Of a DNA stretch of 64,000 bases, positions 38,386-48,089 are shown piece after piece. Origin of the DNA: Candidatus Woesebacteria bacterium GW2011_GWB1_33_38. Its GTDB lineage: Bacteria > Patescibacteriota > Microgenomatia > UBA8517. How positions within the stretch are numbered: position 1 is the stretch's first letter; every line of letters starts with the position of its first letter. The notes beneath the pieces were generated by a model, which did no database searches, had not been told where the DNA came from, and worked only from the letters and a program-made list of their open reading frames with translations. Where the stretch lies: NCBI GenBank assembly GCA_000990005.1, contig LBPF01000003.1, positions 7,479 through 71,478 on the forward strand, in the 5' to 3' direction. The position numbers and the translations under genes are program-made.

Positions 38386-39036
38386 ATGACAGATTATAAA
38401 CTACAAGATGATTTTTTGGAGGAATTCTTTTCAGAGAACCTTACGTCCGATTTTTATTTAACAGGAGGAACTGCACTTTCTAGATTTTATTTAAATCACA
38501 GAATAAGTGATGATATTGATTTATTTACTCAAAACCAAAAGATTGATATGAGTACAGTAAATTTTTTGGTTTTAAAAATATTAAGCAATCTAAAACTGGA
38601 GATTGTAAAGCAAGTAAATACAGATACTTTTTTACAATATATTACTAAATCTAAAAGCGGTAATACGTTAAAAATAGATTTTGTAAAAGATATTCCAGTT
38701 CATTTTGGTGAATTTAAAATGGTGGATAAAGTTAGAATTGATAGTTTAGAAAATATTGGATCAAATAAAGTATTAACGATACTTGGTAGAAGTGATGCAA
38801 AGGATTTTATTGATTTATATTTTATACTACAAAAAACAAAACTTAAATTCGATTTTTTATATGAGTTGGCTACAAAAAAAGACTTAGGATTATCAGAATT
38901 TTACTTAGCTAATTCCATGCACCAAATTCAAAAAATATCGATATATCCAAAAATGTTAGTTAAATTTGACAAAACTAAATTACTAAAATTTTACTCTGAT
39001 TTAGCAAGAAAACTTCTGTTGAAAATTAAACCTTAG
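38386..39036 (+). CDS. AbiEii/AbiGii-family nucleotidyltransferase toxin
   Basis: FYLTGGTAL...HRISDDIDLF, K....R...KDFIDLY. Confidence 0.9.
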   Translation: MTDYKLQDDFLEEFFSENLTSDFYLTGGTALSRFYLNHRISDDIDLFTQNQKIDMSTVNFLVLKILSNLKLEIVKQVNTDTFLQYITKSKSGNTLKIDFVKDIPVHFGEFKMVDKVRIDSLENIGSNKVLTILGRSDAKDFIDLYFILQKTKLKFDFLYELATKKDLGLSEFYLANSMHQIQKISIYPKMLVKFDKTKLLKFYSDLARKLLLKIKP

Positions 39037-39140
39037 ATTCGTTAATTAATTCCCCTTTGTAATTTTTAAGATCCACTGATATAATACACAACATTGATGG
39101 TAGCAAGGTTATTTACTTTGGCTATACATGACTAAACAAT

Positions 39141-39410
39141 ATGGCATTAAAAGTAGAAGAGAAAAAAGAATTAATTAAAAAGTTTGCAAGAGAAAAGGGT
39201 GATACGGGATCTCCAGAGATTCAGATTGCTCTTCTTTCAACAAAAATAGATAAACTTGCAGAGCATTTAAAGGAACACAAAAAAGACGTTCACAGTAGAA
39301 GAGGCCTTCTTTCAATGGTTGCAAAAAGAAGAAGACTTCTGTCATACTTACAAAAGAAAGACGAAACAAGATATAAGGCTTTAATAAAAGAATTAAAATT
39401 AAATAAATAA
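39141..39410 (+). CDS. rpsO: 30S ribosomal protein S15
   Basis: [33 protein letters not shown]. Confidence 0.97.
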   Translation: MALKVEEKKELIKKFAREKGDTGSPEIQIALLSTKIDKLAEHLKEHKKDVHSRRGLLSMVAKRRRLLSYLQKKDETRYKALIKELKLNK

Positions 39411-39423
39411 AAGCTTCAAATTA

Positions 39424-41790
39424 ATGATTAAAAAGGTAGAAAAAACATTTGAATTAGGTGGTAAAAAAATTACCCTTACAGCAGGAATATTAGCAGAACA
39501 AGCTGATAGTGCTGTTATGGCAAGATTAGGTGATACTGTTGTTTTAGCAACTGTTGCCTCAGCTCCCTTGAAGATGGAAATGGATTATTTTCCACTTTCG
39601 GTTGAATATCAAGAAAAATTATATGCTGGTGGAAAAATAAAAGGTTCACGTTGGGTTAAAAGAGATGGCAGACCAACTGATGAAGAAATTTTGACTGCAA
39701 GATTAATTGATCGTTCCATTAGACCGCTTTTCCCCAAGCTTTACAAAAAAGAAGTCCAAATAATAGTTACAGTTTTATCAGTTGATGGAGAAAATTCTCC
39801 AAGTATTTTAGGCGCAATTGCAGCCTCAGCTGCAGTCCATGCTAGTTATTTACCCTGGAAAGGTCCAGTTGGAGTAGTCAATGTGGGAATGAAAGGATCT
39901 GATTTTATAATTAATCCAACTAATCAAGAATTAGAAAGTTCTGACTTAGACTTAGTTGTTTCTTCAACTAAAACGGCTGTATTAATGATTGAAACTGGGG
40001 CAAAAGAGGTAACCGAAGCTCAAATTGTAGATGGAGTCAAATTAGCTTTTGAAGAAGCTCAAAAAATAAACTCAGCTATTGAAGATTTTATTAAGGAATT
40101 AGACATTAAAAGAGATGTTTATACTGAAGATAGACCGCCTGTGGCGCTAGAAAAACAAGTTCATAAGTTAGTGGATGAGAAAATTCCCGGTCTTGTTAAG
40201 AATATGGCCACACATGAAGGTGCATCTGGTGATTTTATGGAGTTGGTAAATGCAGTAGCCGAAAATTTTGAAAAGATTGAAGAGAAAAAGTTCATCGCAG
40301 AAATTATTGACCACATCAAAAAGGACTATATTAGAGAACAGATTCTTAAAAAAGGTATAAGACCTGACGGTAGAAAATTAACAGAAGTAAGACCACTTAG
40401 CGCCGAAATCTCATTTTTACCCAGAACACATGGATCGGGGTTATTTAAAAGAGGTCAAACTCAAGTTCTTTCAATTGCAACACTCGGAGCTTCCAAGATG
40501 GGACAACTTTTGGAAACTGCAGAAGGTGAAGAAGAAAAGCGTTATATGCATCACTATTCCATGCCTCCTTTTACAACAGGTGAAGTAGGAAGAGTTGGAA
40601 ATCCAGGCAGACGTGAAATTGGTCATGGAGCTTTAGCTGAAAAAGCTTTGATCCCAGTACTTCCCACACAAGAAGAATTCCCATACGCAATTAGAGTAGT
40701 TTCAGAAGTAATGAGTTCAAACGGATCAACATCAATGGCCTCAGTTTGTGGATCATCCCTTGCCTTAATGGATGCAGGAGTTCCAATAAAGGCTCCAGTT
40801 TCAGGTATTGCCATGGGGTTAATTATTGACCTGCCTGCCGGCAGGCAGGTGGCAGACGTTGCAATTCTAACAGACATAATGGGACTTGAAGACTTTAATG
40901 GTGATATGGATTTTAAAGTTGCAGGAACTGAAAAAGGAATTACTGCAATTCAACTTGATGTCAAAACTTTAAGTCTAACCCCTGAAATTTTAGAAAAAGC
41001 ACTGGAACAATCAAAAGTAGGTAGGGCAGAAATATTAAAAGTGATAACAGATACAATAAAAGAACCAAAAAAGACGGTTTCTGCTTTTGCTCCAAAGATA
41101 AAACTTGTAACAATTCCAGTTGAAAAGATTGGAGAACTTATAGGTCCTGGTGGAAAAGTAATCAAGAAGTTAATGGCTGATACTGAGACCGAAGTCGAAG
41201 TAGAGGACGATGGAAAAGTTTCGATATCAGGTATGGATGATGAGAAAATTACAAAAGCAATCAGTTGGATTGAAGGATTGGTTAAAGAAGTACAAGCAGG
41301 GGAAATATATGACGGTGAGGTTGTCAGACTTATGCCTTTTGGAGCGTTTATGAATATACTTCCAGGCAAAGATGGAATGGTTCATGTTTCAGATATGGGA
41401 CAAGTTGGGTTTGTTGCTGATGCTTCTGATGTTGTCAAAATTGGAGACAAAATAAAGGTAAGAGTTAAAAAGATAGATGACATGGGAAGAGTTAATCTTT
41501 CTATGAATATGGATCCCGCAGCAGATGAAAAGGTGGAAAGTTCAAAAAGAGATAGGAATGGTGGAGATAGAAGTGGGGGATTTCCCGCCCGAGGCGGGTC
41601 CTCCTTTGGAGGATCAAGAGGACCAAGAAGAGATTTTTCAGGAGGAGGAAGAGGAGGTTTCTCAAGAGGACCAAGAACAGGTGGATTCCGAGACAATAGA
41701 GGTAATGCCGATAGGCCACTTGAGGGAAGATCATCTGGTCCACATTTTCCAACTTCAAGATACTTCCAAACTGGCCAAAGTTCAGATTGA
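39424..41790 (+). CDS. pnp: Polyribonucleotide nucleotidyltransferase
   Basis: DYFPLSV, RLIDRSIRPLF, RREIGHG, SNGSTSMAS, GDMDFKVAG, KH and S1 domains, RG-rich tail. Confidence 0.97.
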   Translation: MIKKVEKTFELGGKKITLTAGILAEQADSAVMARLGDTVVLATVASAPLKMEMDYFPLSVEYQEKLYAGGKIKGSRWVKRDGRPTDEEILTARLIDRSIRPLFPKLYKKEVQIIVTVLSVDGENSPSILGAIAASAAVHASYLPWKGPVGVVNVGMKGSDFIINPTNQELESSDLDLVVSSTKTAVLMIETGAKEVTEAQIVDGVKLAFEEAQKINSAIEDFIKELDIKRDVYTEDRPPVALEKQVHKLVDEKIPGLVKNMATHEGASGDFMELVNAVAENFEKIEEKKFIAEIIDHIKKDYIREQILKKGIRPDGRKLTEVRPLSAEISFLPRTHGSGLFKRGQTQVLSIATLGASKMGQLLETAEGEEEKRYMHHYSMPPFTTGEVGRVGNPGRREIGHGALAEKALIPVLPTQEEFPYAIRVVSEVMSSNGSTSMASVCGSSLALMDAGVPIKAPVSGIAMGLIIDLPAGRQVADVAILTDIMGLEDFNGDMDFKVAGTEKGITAIQLDVKTLSLTPEILEKALEQSKVGRAEILKVITDTIKEPKKTVSAFAPKIKLVTIPVEKIGELIGPGGKVIKKLMADTETEVEVEDDGKVSISGMDDEKITKAISWIEGLVKEVQAGEIYDGEVVRLMPFGAFMNILPGKDGMVHVSDMGQVGFVADASDVVKIGDKIKVRVKKIDDMGRVNLSMNMDPAADEKVESSKRDRNGGDRSGGFPARGGSSFGGSRGPRRDFSGGGRGGFSRGPRTGGFRDNRGNADRPLEGRSSGPHFPTSRYFQTGQSSD
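40829..40850. repeat. Perfect 22-bp palindrome in pnp
   Basis: ACCTGCCTGCCGGCAGGCAGGT encodes LPAGRQV. Confidence 0.93.
41584..41613. repeat. Tandem double hairpin in the pnp tail
   Basis: CCCGCC-cga-GGCGGG followed directly by TCCTCC-ttt-GGAGGA. Confidence 0.75.
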
Positions 41791-41826
41791 TAAGACTTTT
41801 TCATGTTCGCAATCAGCTAATATGTC

Positions 41827-41867
41827 TGCGCGATGTTTTGCGCGATCATTGCGTGATATGCTATAAT
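41827..41867 (+). promoter_or_regulatory. Three TGCGYGAT direct repeats plus extended -10 for fic
   Basis: Repeats start at 41827, 41839 and 41850; TGCTATAAT at 41859-67; ATG at 41874. Confidence 0.65.
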
Positions 41868-41873
41868 TACATC

Positions 41874-42908
41874 ATGTTTAAGCCAAAATACCAAATTACA
41901 AATAAAATCCTATCAGATTTAACTAAAATCGTTGAGATTAAATCGTTAGTTGAAAAAAGCAACATCACACCTGCGAGAGAAATTTTTCTTAAGAAAATTG
42001 CGACTATTGGTATGACACACTCTTCAACCAGCATTGAGGGAAATACTCTTGATGAATACCAAGTTAGAATGCTAGCTGATGGTGAAAAAGTTGTGGCTGA
42101 CAATAAACAGATTTTAGAAGTTGAAAATTATTTAAAATCTTTGGAATTAATTGATAAAATTCATGAATCTAAAAAGTCTTTTGGTGAAAAAGAAATACTA
42201 GATATACATAAATCAGTAACTACAGGACTAATCGACAAAAATAAAGTTGGAGTTTTTAGGTGTGGCCCAGTTTACATCATGAACATATCATTGTTTGGAC
42301 ACCGAGAATTGGTATATACACCACCAAAATTTAACAAAGTCGAATCATTAATAAAAGACTTGCTAGAATGGATGAACGAAGAAGATGGTATTCATCCAAT
42401 TATAAAAGCAGGTATCTTTCACTATCAATATGTCTCAATCCACCCCTTTACTGATGGTAATGGTAGGTCAACAAGGCTTTTAACCTTACTCTATTTATAT
42501 CAAAAAGGATATGTTTTTAAAAAGTCGATGATTTTAGATAATTTTTACAATAATGACAGAAAAAGGTATTATCAAAATTTACAAACAGGAGTAGATTTTA
42601 AATCGAGAGAAAATGCAGATTTAACAAATTGGCTTGAGTATTTTACAGAAGGATTTTTATTTGAAGCTCAAAAGGTAAAGGATTTGATATTATCATTTTC
42701 AAAAAAATCAAAAGCATCAGTTGTTTTAAATAAAGACGAATTAAAGATAGTTGACTTTGTAGTAAATTTAGGAAAGATTACGAGCGATGAGGTTGTAAAT
42801 ATTTTAAGTGTCCCAAAAAGAACAGCACAAGACAAACTTAAAAAGTTAGTGGATTTAAAAGTTTTAAAGAAAAAAGGCTCTGGCCCTAACACTTATTACA
42901 TAACTTAA
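41874..42908 (+). CDS. Fic-domain protein with C-terminal wHTH
   Basis: STSIEGN, HPFTDGNGRSTR, C-terminal RTAQ..L.KL...G.G..T.Y. Confidence 0.92.
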   Translation: MFKPKYQITNKILSDLTKIVEIKSLVEKSNITPAREIFLKKIATIGMTHSSTSIEGNTLDEYQVRMLADGEKVVADNKQILEVENYLKSLELIDKIHESKKSFGEKEILDIHKSVTTGLIDKNKVGVFRCGPVYIMNISLFGHRELVYTPPKFNKVESLIKDLLEWMNEEDGIHPIIKAGIFHYQYVSIHPFTDGNGRSTRLLTLLYLYQKGYVFKKSMILDNFYNNDRKRYYQNLQTGVDFKSRENADLTNWLEYFTEGFLFEAQKVKDLILSFSKKSKASVVLNKDELKIVDFVVNLGKITSDEVVNILSVPKRTAQDKLKKLVDLKVLKKKGSGPNTYYIT

Positions 42909-43513
42909 TGAAAAAAAGGATAATTTTATTTGACATTGACAGAACGATTTTTGATACAGACAAGCTATTGAGGCTTCAAAGCGAAAATATCTCAAAAGTT
43001 GTAAATGCAGAGAGGTTCAAAGAGTTTTGGGATAGCACTCTTTCTGGAGAAAAGCATATTACATCTGAAGAACGACTAAATTTAATTTGTTCAAAATTCA
43101 ATATTAAAAACTCTAAATTATTATCGAATATTTTTTTTGGAAAAGAATATAAATATATTTATAGCGACTCTGTTTATCTTGAAACGCGTGTAGTTTTTGA
43201 TAAATTAAAAAGTAAATATCGATTGGGAATATATTCAGAAGGAACCGCAAAGTTTCAAAATCATAAATTTAGGTCATTAGGTTTAGATAGATATTTTGAC
43301 AATGATTTAATTTTTATAGTTGATGCAAAAGATACAAAAGAAGTTTTAAATAAAATTCCAAAAGATGCAATTATAGTTGATGATAAAGAAACCATTTGTG
43401 GATTTTTAACCAAAAACGACATCAGAGCTATTTGGTTAAATAGAAAAGATAACAGAAAAAGTGATAAATTTGAAACTATATACTCACTTTTTGATCTTCT
43501 AGACGTGTTATAA
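42908..43513 (+). CDS. HAD-superfamily hydrolase
   Basis: FDIDRTIFDT motif I; IVDD motif IV. Confidence 0.8.
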   Translation: MKKRIILFDIDRTIFDTDKLLRLQSENISKVVNAERFKEFWDSTLSGEKHITSEERLNLICSKFNIKNSKLLSNIFFGKEYKYIYSDSVYLETRVVFDKLKSKYRLGIYSEGTAKFQNHKFRSLGLDRYFDNDLIFIVDAKDTKEVLNKIPKDAIIVDDKETICGFLTKNDIRAIWLNRKDNRKSDKFETIYSLFDLLDVL

Positions 43514-43521
43514 TTTTAATC

Positions 43522-44571
43522 ATGTCAGATACTGCCTTTGATGAGATTAATTTACTTGGGGAAAAAGTCAAAACTTCTACTGTCCCCGATGAACTAAAAG
43601 CTTCTGTACAAATTAGACTTGAACAATTAAAAAAATTAACAAATTCCCCCACCTTTTTACCTGAATATGACAGGATGAATAAATACATTGATTGGATTAC
43701 TATTTTGCCATGGAACACAAAATCTCAAGATAATCTGGATTTAGTTAATGCTAAAAAAATTCTTGACCAACACCATTTTGGATTGGAAGAAATAAAGGAA
43801 AGAGTTTTGGAGTATCTAGCTGTTATGAAACTAAAACAGGAAAAAGGGGAGAGTCAAGATATTTATAGAGCTCCAATCCTTTGTTTTGTTGGATTGGTTG
43901 GAACTGGAAAAACAACTATCGCTTTTTCAATTGCAGAAGCCTTGGGCCGAAAAATTGCCCGTATCCCCTTTGGAGGTATGGGAGATCCATTAGACTTAAG
44001 GGGGCAGAGTAAAATGCATGCTGAAGCAGAGCCTGGGAAAATTATTAAAGCACTAAGGGACACTGGAACTAGAAATTCTGTAATACTACTCGATGAAATT
44101 GATAGGGTAACAGATCAAGGAAGAGCGTCAATTATGGGTGTTTTGGTTGAACTTTTAGATCCTGGACAAAACCATGCTTTTACTGATCATTATATTGATT
44201 ATCCTGTAAATCTTTCAGAATGTATTTTTATAGCAACTGCCAACAATACAACAAATATCTCAACAGCTGTTATGGACAGAATTGAGCCAATTATGATGCC
44301 TAGCTATACTGATCAAGAAAAAATAACAATAGGCCAGAAATATGTATTTCCAAGAGTAATGAAAGCTGCTGGACTTCCTGCAGAGTCTTTAAAAATTGAT
44401 GATGATATTTGGGCCAATTTAGTTAGACCTTTAGGATATGATGCTGGAATTCGTACGATGGAAAGGACAATTGGAGGAGTTGTTAGAAAAGTTGCAAGAT
44501 TAATGGTTGAAGGAAAGGGCACAGAGTTTCATGTTACTTCACAAAACGTCAAAGAGTTCCTGCCACAGTAG
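43522..44571 (+). CDS. Lon-type AAA+ module lacking the N-domain and protease domain
   Basis: LPW, HFGLEEIKERVLEYLAV, GLVGTGKT, LLDEIDR, LLDP.QN..F.DHY. Confidence 0.85.
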   Translation: MSDTAFDEINLLGEKVKTSTVPDELKASVQIRLEQLKKLTNSPTFLPEYDRMNKYIDWITILPWNTKSQDNLDLVNAKKILDQHHFGLEEIKERVLEYLAVMKLKQEKGESQDIYRAPILCFVGLVGTGKTTIAFSIAEALGRKIARIPFGGMGDPLDLRGQSKMHAEAEPGKIIKALRDTGTRNSVILLDEIDRVTDQGRASIMGVLVELLDPGQNHAFTDHYIDYPVNLSECIFIATANNTTNISTAVMDRIEPIMMPSYTDQEKITIGQKYVFPRVMKAAGLPAESLKIDDDIWANLVRPLGYDAGIRTMERTIGGVVRKVARLMVEGKGTEFHVTSQNVKEFLPQ

Positions 44572-44599
44572 TTTAGGAAGTTTTTGATATACTGACCTT

Positions 44600-45025
44600 G
44601 TGAAAATTGTAATAATTGGGGATTCACATAACAACGTTTCCAACTTAAAATATGTTATGGGATTTGCAAAGAAAATTAGGGCAGGTGCGATAATTCATAC
44701 AGGAGATTGGAATAATTTTGACAATATAAAAATAGTATCAGATTATGCCATTCCATTGTATTCGTGTCTTGGTAATGCTGATATTGATCCAAATTTTAAA
44801 TTTAAAGAGGAATTAGAAATTGAACTAGATAGTTTAAAAATTGGAATTTGTCATTCAATTAAAAATTGTAAATTGAAAATTAAAAATTTAGACGTAGTCT
44901 TCTGTGGGCATACACACAAACAAGGGCAAGAAAAAAATGTTATAAATCCCGGGGCATTAGAAAACGGCATTAACTTTGCAATTTTTGATACAAAGACCAA
45001 AGGTGTAGAATTTATCCAAGAATAA
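44600..45025 (+). CDS. YfcE-like metallophosphoesterase
   Basis: DSH, GD, GNAD, GHTH, NPG motifs. Confidence 0.88.
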   Translation: MKIVIIGDSHNNVSNLKYVMGFAKKIRAGAIIHTGDWNNFDNIKIVSDYAIPLYSCLGNADIDPNFKFKEELEIELDSLKIGICHSIKNCKLKIKNLDVVFCGHTHKQGQEKNVINPGALENGINFAIFDTKTKGVEFIQE

Positions 45026-45033
45026 ATTAGGGC

Positions 45034-45071
45034 TTGACATATATACATATTATGTATAGTATATGTATATG
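45034..45071 (+). promoter_or_regulatory. Promoter with palindromic operator for the RHH-PIN module
   Basis: TTGACA (45034) -17 bp- TAGTAT (45057); ATATACATA / TATGTATAT inverted repeats. Confidence 0.6.
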
Positions 45072-45311
45072 TTAACTCAAACTTTTAATATATCATTACC
45101 TAATGATTTAGTAAAAAAAGCCGATTTGGTTGCAAAAAGAGAATATAGGAATAGAAGCGAACTTATTAAAGAAGCACTTCGGACATATTTATTTAACAAA
45201 CTCTCGTGGGAGGAACTATTTGTGTATGGAAAAAAGATGGGTAAAAAAATAGGAATAAGTAGCGAGGAAGATATCTTTGAAAAATTAAATAATTATCGAA
45301 ATGGAAGCTAA
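45069..45311 (+). CDS. CopG/ribbon-helix-helix antitoxin
   Basis: FNISLP..L....D..A..E.RNRSELIKEALR.Y. Confidence 0.85.
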   Translation: MLTQTFNISLPNDLVKKADLVAKREYRNRSELIKEALRTYLFNKLSWEELFVYGKKMGKKIGISSEEDIFEKLNNYRNGS

Positions 45312-45720
45312 TCTTCCTAGAATTACAATAGATACAAATGTCATTGTTTCTGCCTTAGTTTTTGGTGGGAATTCAAAAGCAATAATAGAAAAATTAATTA
45401 AAAGTGAATTTATAGCTTACACCTCACCTCAACTTATTTCAGAATTGCTGGAAATTTTACTCCAAAAGTTTAATTTCTCAGATGAGATGACTAAAAAAGT
45501 TGAGGTGCAAATAAATTCACTTTTTCATATTATCTATCCTGCTGTAGAAGTAAACATAGCTAGAGATAGAGATGATAACAGGGTATTAGAAGTAGCCGAA
45601 GAAAGCGAAAGTTCGATTATAGTTACCGGAGATAAAGATTTATTGTCACTGAAAGTTTACAAAAACATCATTATAATGAATCCAAAGACATTTCTTACCT
45701 TTTTAAATTTAAATGACTAA
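45301..45720 (+). CDS. PIN-family toxin
   Basis: IDTNVIVSAL, RD.DDNRVLE.A, IVTGDKDLL. Confidence 0.9.
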   Translation: MEANLPRITIDTNVIVSALVFGGNSKAIIEKLIKSEFIAYTSPQLISELLEILLQKFNFSDEMTKKVEVQINSLFHIIYPAVEVNIARDRDDNRVLEVAEESESSIIVTGDKDLLSLKVYKNIIIMNPKTFLTFLNLND

Positions 45721-46294
45721 ATATGAGGCCTTGCATAAACTAAAAGATGATATGGAAAAGGATGATTCACTTCCGCTTAAAAAAGGTGCTGGAAAACTCG
45801 TATTTGGATCTGGGAATACTGAAGCAAAAATACTTTTATGTGGTGAGGGTCCAGGAAGACAGGAAGATTTGCAGGGTTTACCTTTTGTTGGACAGGCAGG
45901 AAAACTATTAGATAAATTATTATTGCTGGCCGGACTTGAAAGAAAAGAGGTTTTTGTTACAAACGTTGTTCATCACAGACCTCCAGAAAACAGAGATCCA
46001 CTACCAGAAGAAATAACTAGCTATGGTAAGTATCTTGATCAGATAATAAATATCTTAAATCCTAAAGTAATAATTACATTGGGTCGTTTTTCTATGGCAA
46101 AGTTTTTACCCAATGTATTTATTAGTCAAGTTCATGGTAAAAAACATGACATAATCTGGAAAGATAAAAAAATTATTGTTTTTCCCATGTATCACCCCGC
46201 AGCATCTTTAAGAAATGGGAATATTTTAAGACAAGAACAAAAAGACTTCTTACAATTAAAAGATACTTTGTATATAATGGGGTTAGTTAAATGA
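45713..46294 (+). CDS. Uracil-DNA glycosylase, family-4-like
   Basis: GEGPG..ED..G.PFVG.AG, RPPENRDP, YHPAA. Confidence 0.9.
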   Translation: MTKYEALHKLKDDMEKDDSLPLKKGAGKLVFGSGNTEAKILLCGEGPGRQEDLQGLPFVGQAGKLLDKLLLLAGLERKEVFVTNVVHHRPPENRDPLPEEITSYGKYLDQIINILNPKVIITLGRFSMAKFLPNVFISQVHGKKHDIIWKDKKIIVFPMYHPAASLRNGNILRQEQKDFLQLKDTLYIMGLVK

Positions 46295-47982
46295 AACCTT
46301 CTTTAAAATTCATAGCTCTTTCAGGTACCACTGATGTTACAGAGAATTTATATGTTTACGAATACCTGCCTGACGGCAGGCAGGTGAAGGACATGGTTAT
46401 TTTGGATTGTGGTGTAGGTTTTCCTGACTTGGAAATGCCAGGTGTAGAATTAGTCCTTCCTGATTTTTCATATATAGTCAAAAATAAAAGTAAACTTCGA
46501 GGTATTGTCGTCTCTCAAGGACATGATGATCATGTCGGAGCTTTGCCATTTTTACTTCGAGATCTAGCTGCACAAGGTGGTCAAGTTCCTCCTATTTGGT
46601 GCCCACCAATTGTCACAGAATTTTTAAAAGTTAAGTTTAAGGATTATCAAATAGTTAATTACAAGCTAAATACATTTAATCCTGACAGAGATACATTTGA
46701 AGTTGGGGCATTTAAGTTTTCTCCTTTTAGGGTTGCTCATTCTGTACCTGATACTGTAGGTTATGCAATAGATACACCAGCTGGTAGAACATTTCATGTA
46801 GCAGAACATAAAATGGACCAAAATTCTACTGATGGAATGAATTTTGATACTAATAAATGCAAAAGTTTAGCAGCTGAAAAACCTGTACTTTGTCTGATGT
46901 CTGATTGTTTAGGTTCAAATGATCCAGGTATGGCTCCGTCTGGGGTTGAAATAGAAGAAAACATGTTTAATATTGCTAAAAATGCATCTCAAGCTTTGTA
47001 TATGACCGCGATTTCTTCATCTATTGGTAGATTTCAGCAAATGATGAATGTGGCCAAGAGATTAAATCGAAAAGTAGTTTTAGTTGGAAGGTCAGTCCAA
47101 AGCAAAATTGAGATTGCTTATAATTTAAAATACATTAAATACTTACCAGGTCAAATCGTTGACCTAAGAGAAACTCAGAAATATAATTCTAGTAAGTTAA
47201 TGTACATTATTGCTGGTTGTTATGGCCAACCTGGAAGTTCTGTTTATAGATTGGCTTTAAGTGAACACGAGAGAGTACACATAAATGAAAACGATATGTT
47301 TATTTTTTCTGCAGATCCTGGACCTGCTTATTCCAAAGAATCAATTGACTTTATAGTAGATAAACTAACAGACATTGGTGTTGATGTTCATTATTATGAT
47401 TTGCATGAAGGTCTTCATGTCTCAGGCCATGGAACTCAGGGAGATATTACTGAGCTTTTCAAAATTGTAAATCCTAAATATTTTGTTCCAACAGGTGGAA
47501 CAATTAGATATATGAAGGCATATGAAAAATTGGCAGTTAAATTTGGAGCGAAAGCTGAAAATGTACTTCGTCTTAAACCTGGAGAAAGCGTTATATTTAA
47601 CAATGAAGAAGTTAAAAAAGGAGAGACAATTGCAGTAAAAGAGGTTTTTGTGCATGGTTTAGGGGTTGGAGATATTGGTAAGGTTGTTTTAGAAGATAGG
47701 ACTTTACTTGGGGATGAAGGGATAGTTGTTGTTGCGATTAAAATTAATAAAGATAAAAAGGTAGTAGCTAGACCTGAACTTACCAGTCGTGGTTTTGTTT
47801 TTCAACAGAAATTTGGAGGAATTTTAGATGGTGGAGAACAGGAACTATTTAATCTTTTGCAGAAAAAAGATTTAAAAGATATTTCCACGATGAAAAACTT
47901 CTCAATTCAAGTCTTAGAAAAATATTTCTTTGATAAAACCCGTCGCCAGCCAATGATCTTGCCTGTGGTGGTTGAAGTTTAA
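46291..47982 (+). CDS. rnj: Ribonuclease J
   Basis: DCG..FP...PGV, QGHDDHVG, HSVPD, HVSGH, R.PMILP. Confidence 0.9.
   Translation: MKPSLKFIALSGTTDVTENLYVYEYLPDGRQVKDMVILDCGVGFPDLEMPGVELVLPDFSYIVKNKSKLRGIVVSQGHDDHVGALPFLLRDLAAQGGQVPPIWCPPIVTEFLKVKFKDYQIVNYKLNTFNPDRDTFEVGAFKFSPFRVAHSVPDTVGYAIDTPAGRTFHVAEHKMDQNSTDGMNFDTNKCKSLAAEKPVLCLMSDCLGSNDPGMAPSGVEIEENMFNIAKNASQALYMTAISSSIGRFQQMMNVAKRLNRKVVLVGRSVQSKIEIAYNLKYIKYLPGQIVDLRETQKYNSSKLMYIIAGCYGQPGSSVYRLALSEHERVHINENDMFIFSADPGPAYSKESIDFIVDKLTDIGVDVHYYDLHEGLHVSGHGTQGDITELFKIVNPKYFVPTGGTIRYMKAYEKLAVKFGAKAENVLRLKPGESVIFNNEEVKKGETIAVKEVFVHGLGVGDIGKVVLEDRTLLGDEGIVVVAIKINKDKKVVARPELTSRGFVFQQKFGGILDGGEQELFNLLQKKDLKDISTMKNFSIQVLEKYFFDKTRRQPMILPVVVEV
46364..46385. 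repeat. 22-bp palindrome copy in rnj
   Basis: ACCTGCCTGACGGCAGGCAGGT, 21/22 identical to the pnp copy; encodes LPDGRQV. Confidence 0.93.
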
Positions 47983-48089
47983 TTCTTTGACCCTTTAATA
48001 TTTTTAGTTGATGCTTTAAAGGCAAGAAACCAGGCTAACCCTATAAAAATAATTGTAATAACTTGTAAGTATTGATTTGTTAGGCTCAT
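47979..48089 (-). CDS. 36-aa single-TM peptide (not in the ORF track)
   Basis: MSLTNQYLQVITIIFIGLAWFLAFKASTKNIKGSKN; ATGA overlap with the upstream ORF. Confidence 0.55.
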   Translation of the reverse strand: MSLTNQYLQVITIIFIGLAWFLAFKASTKNIKGSKN

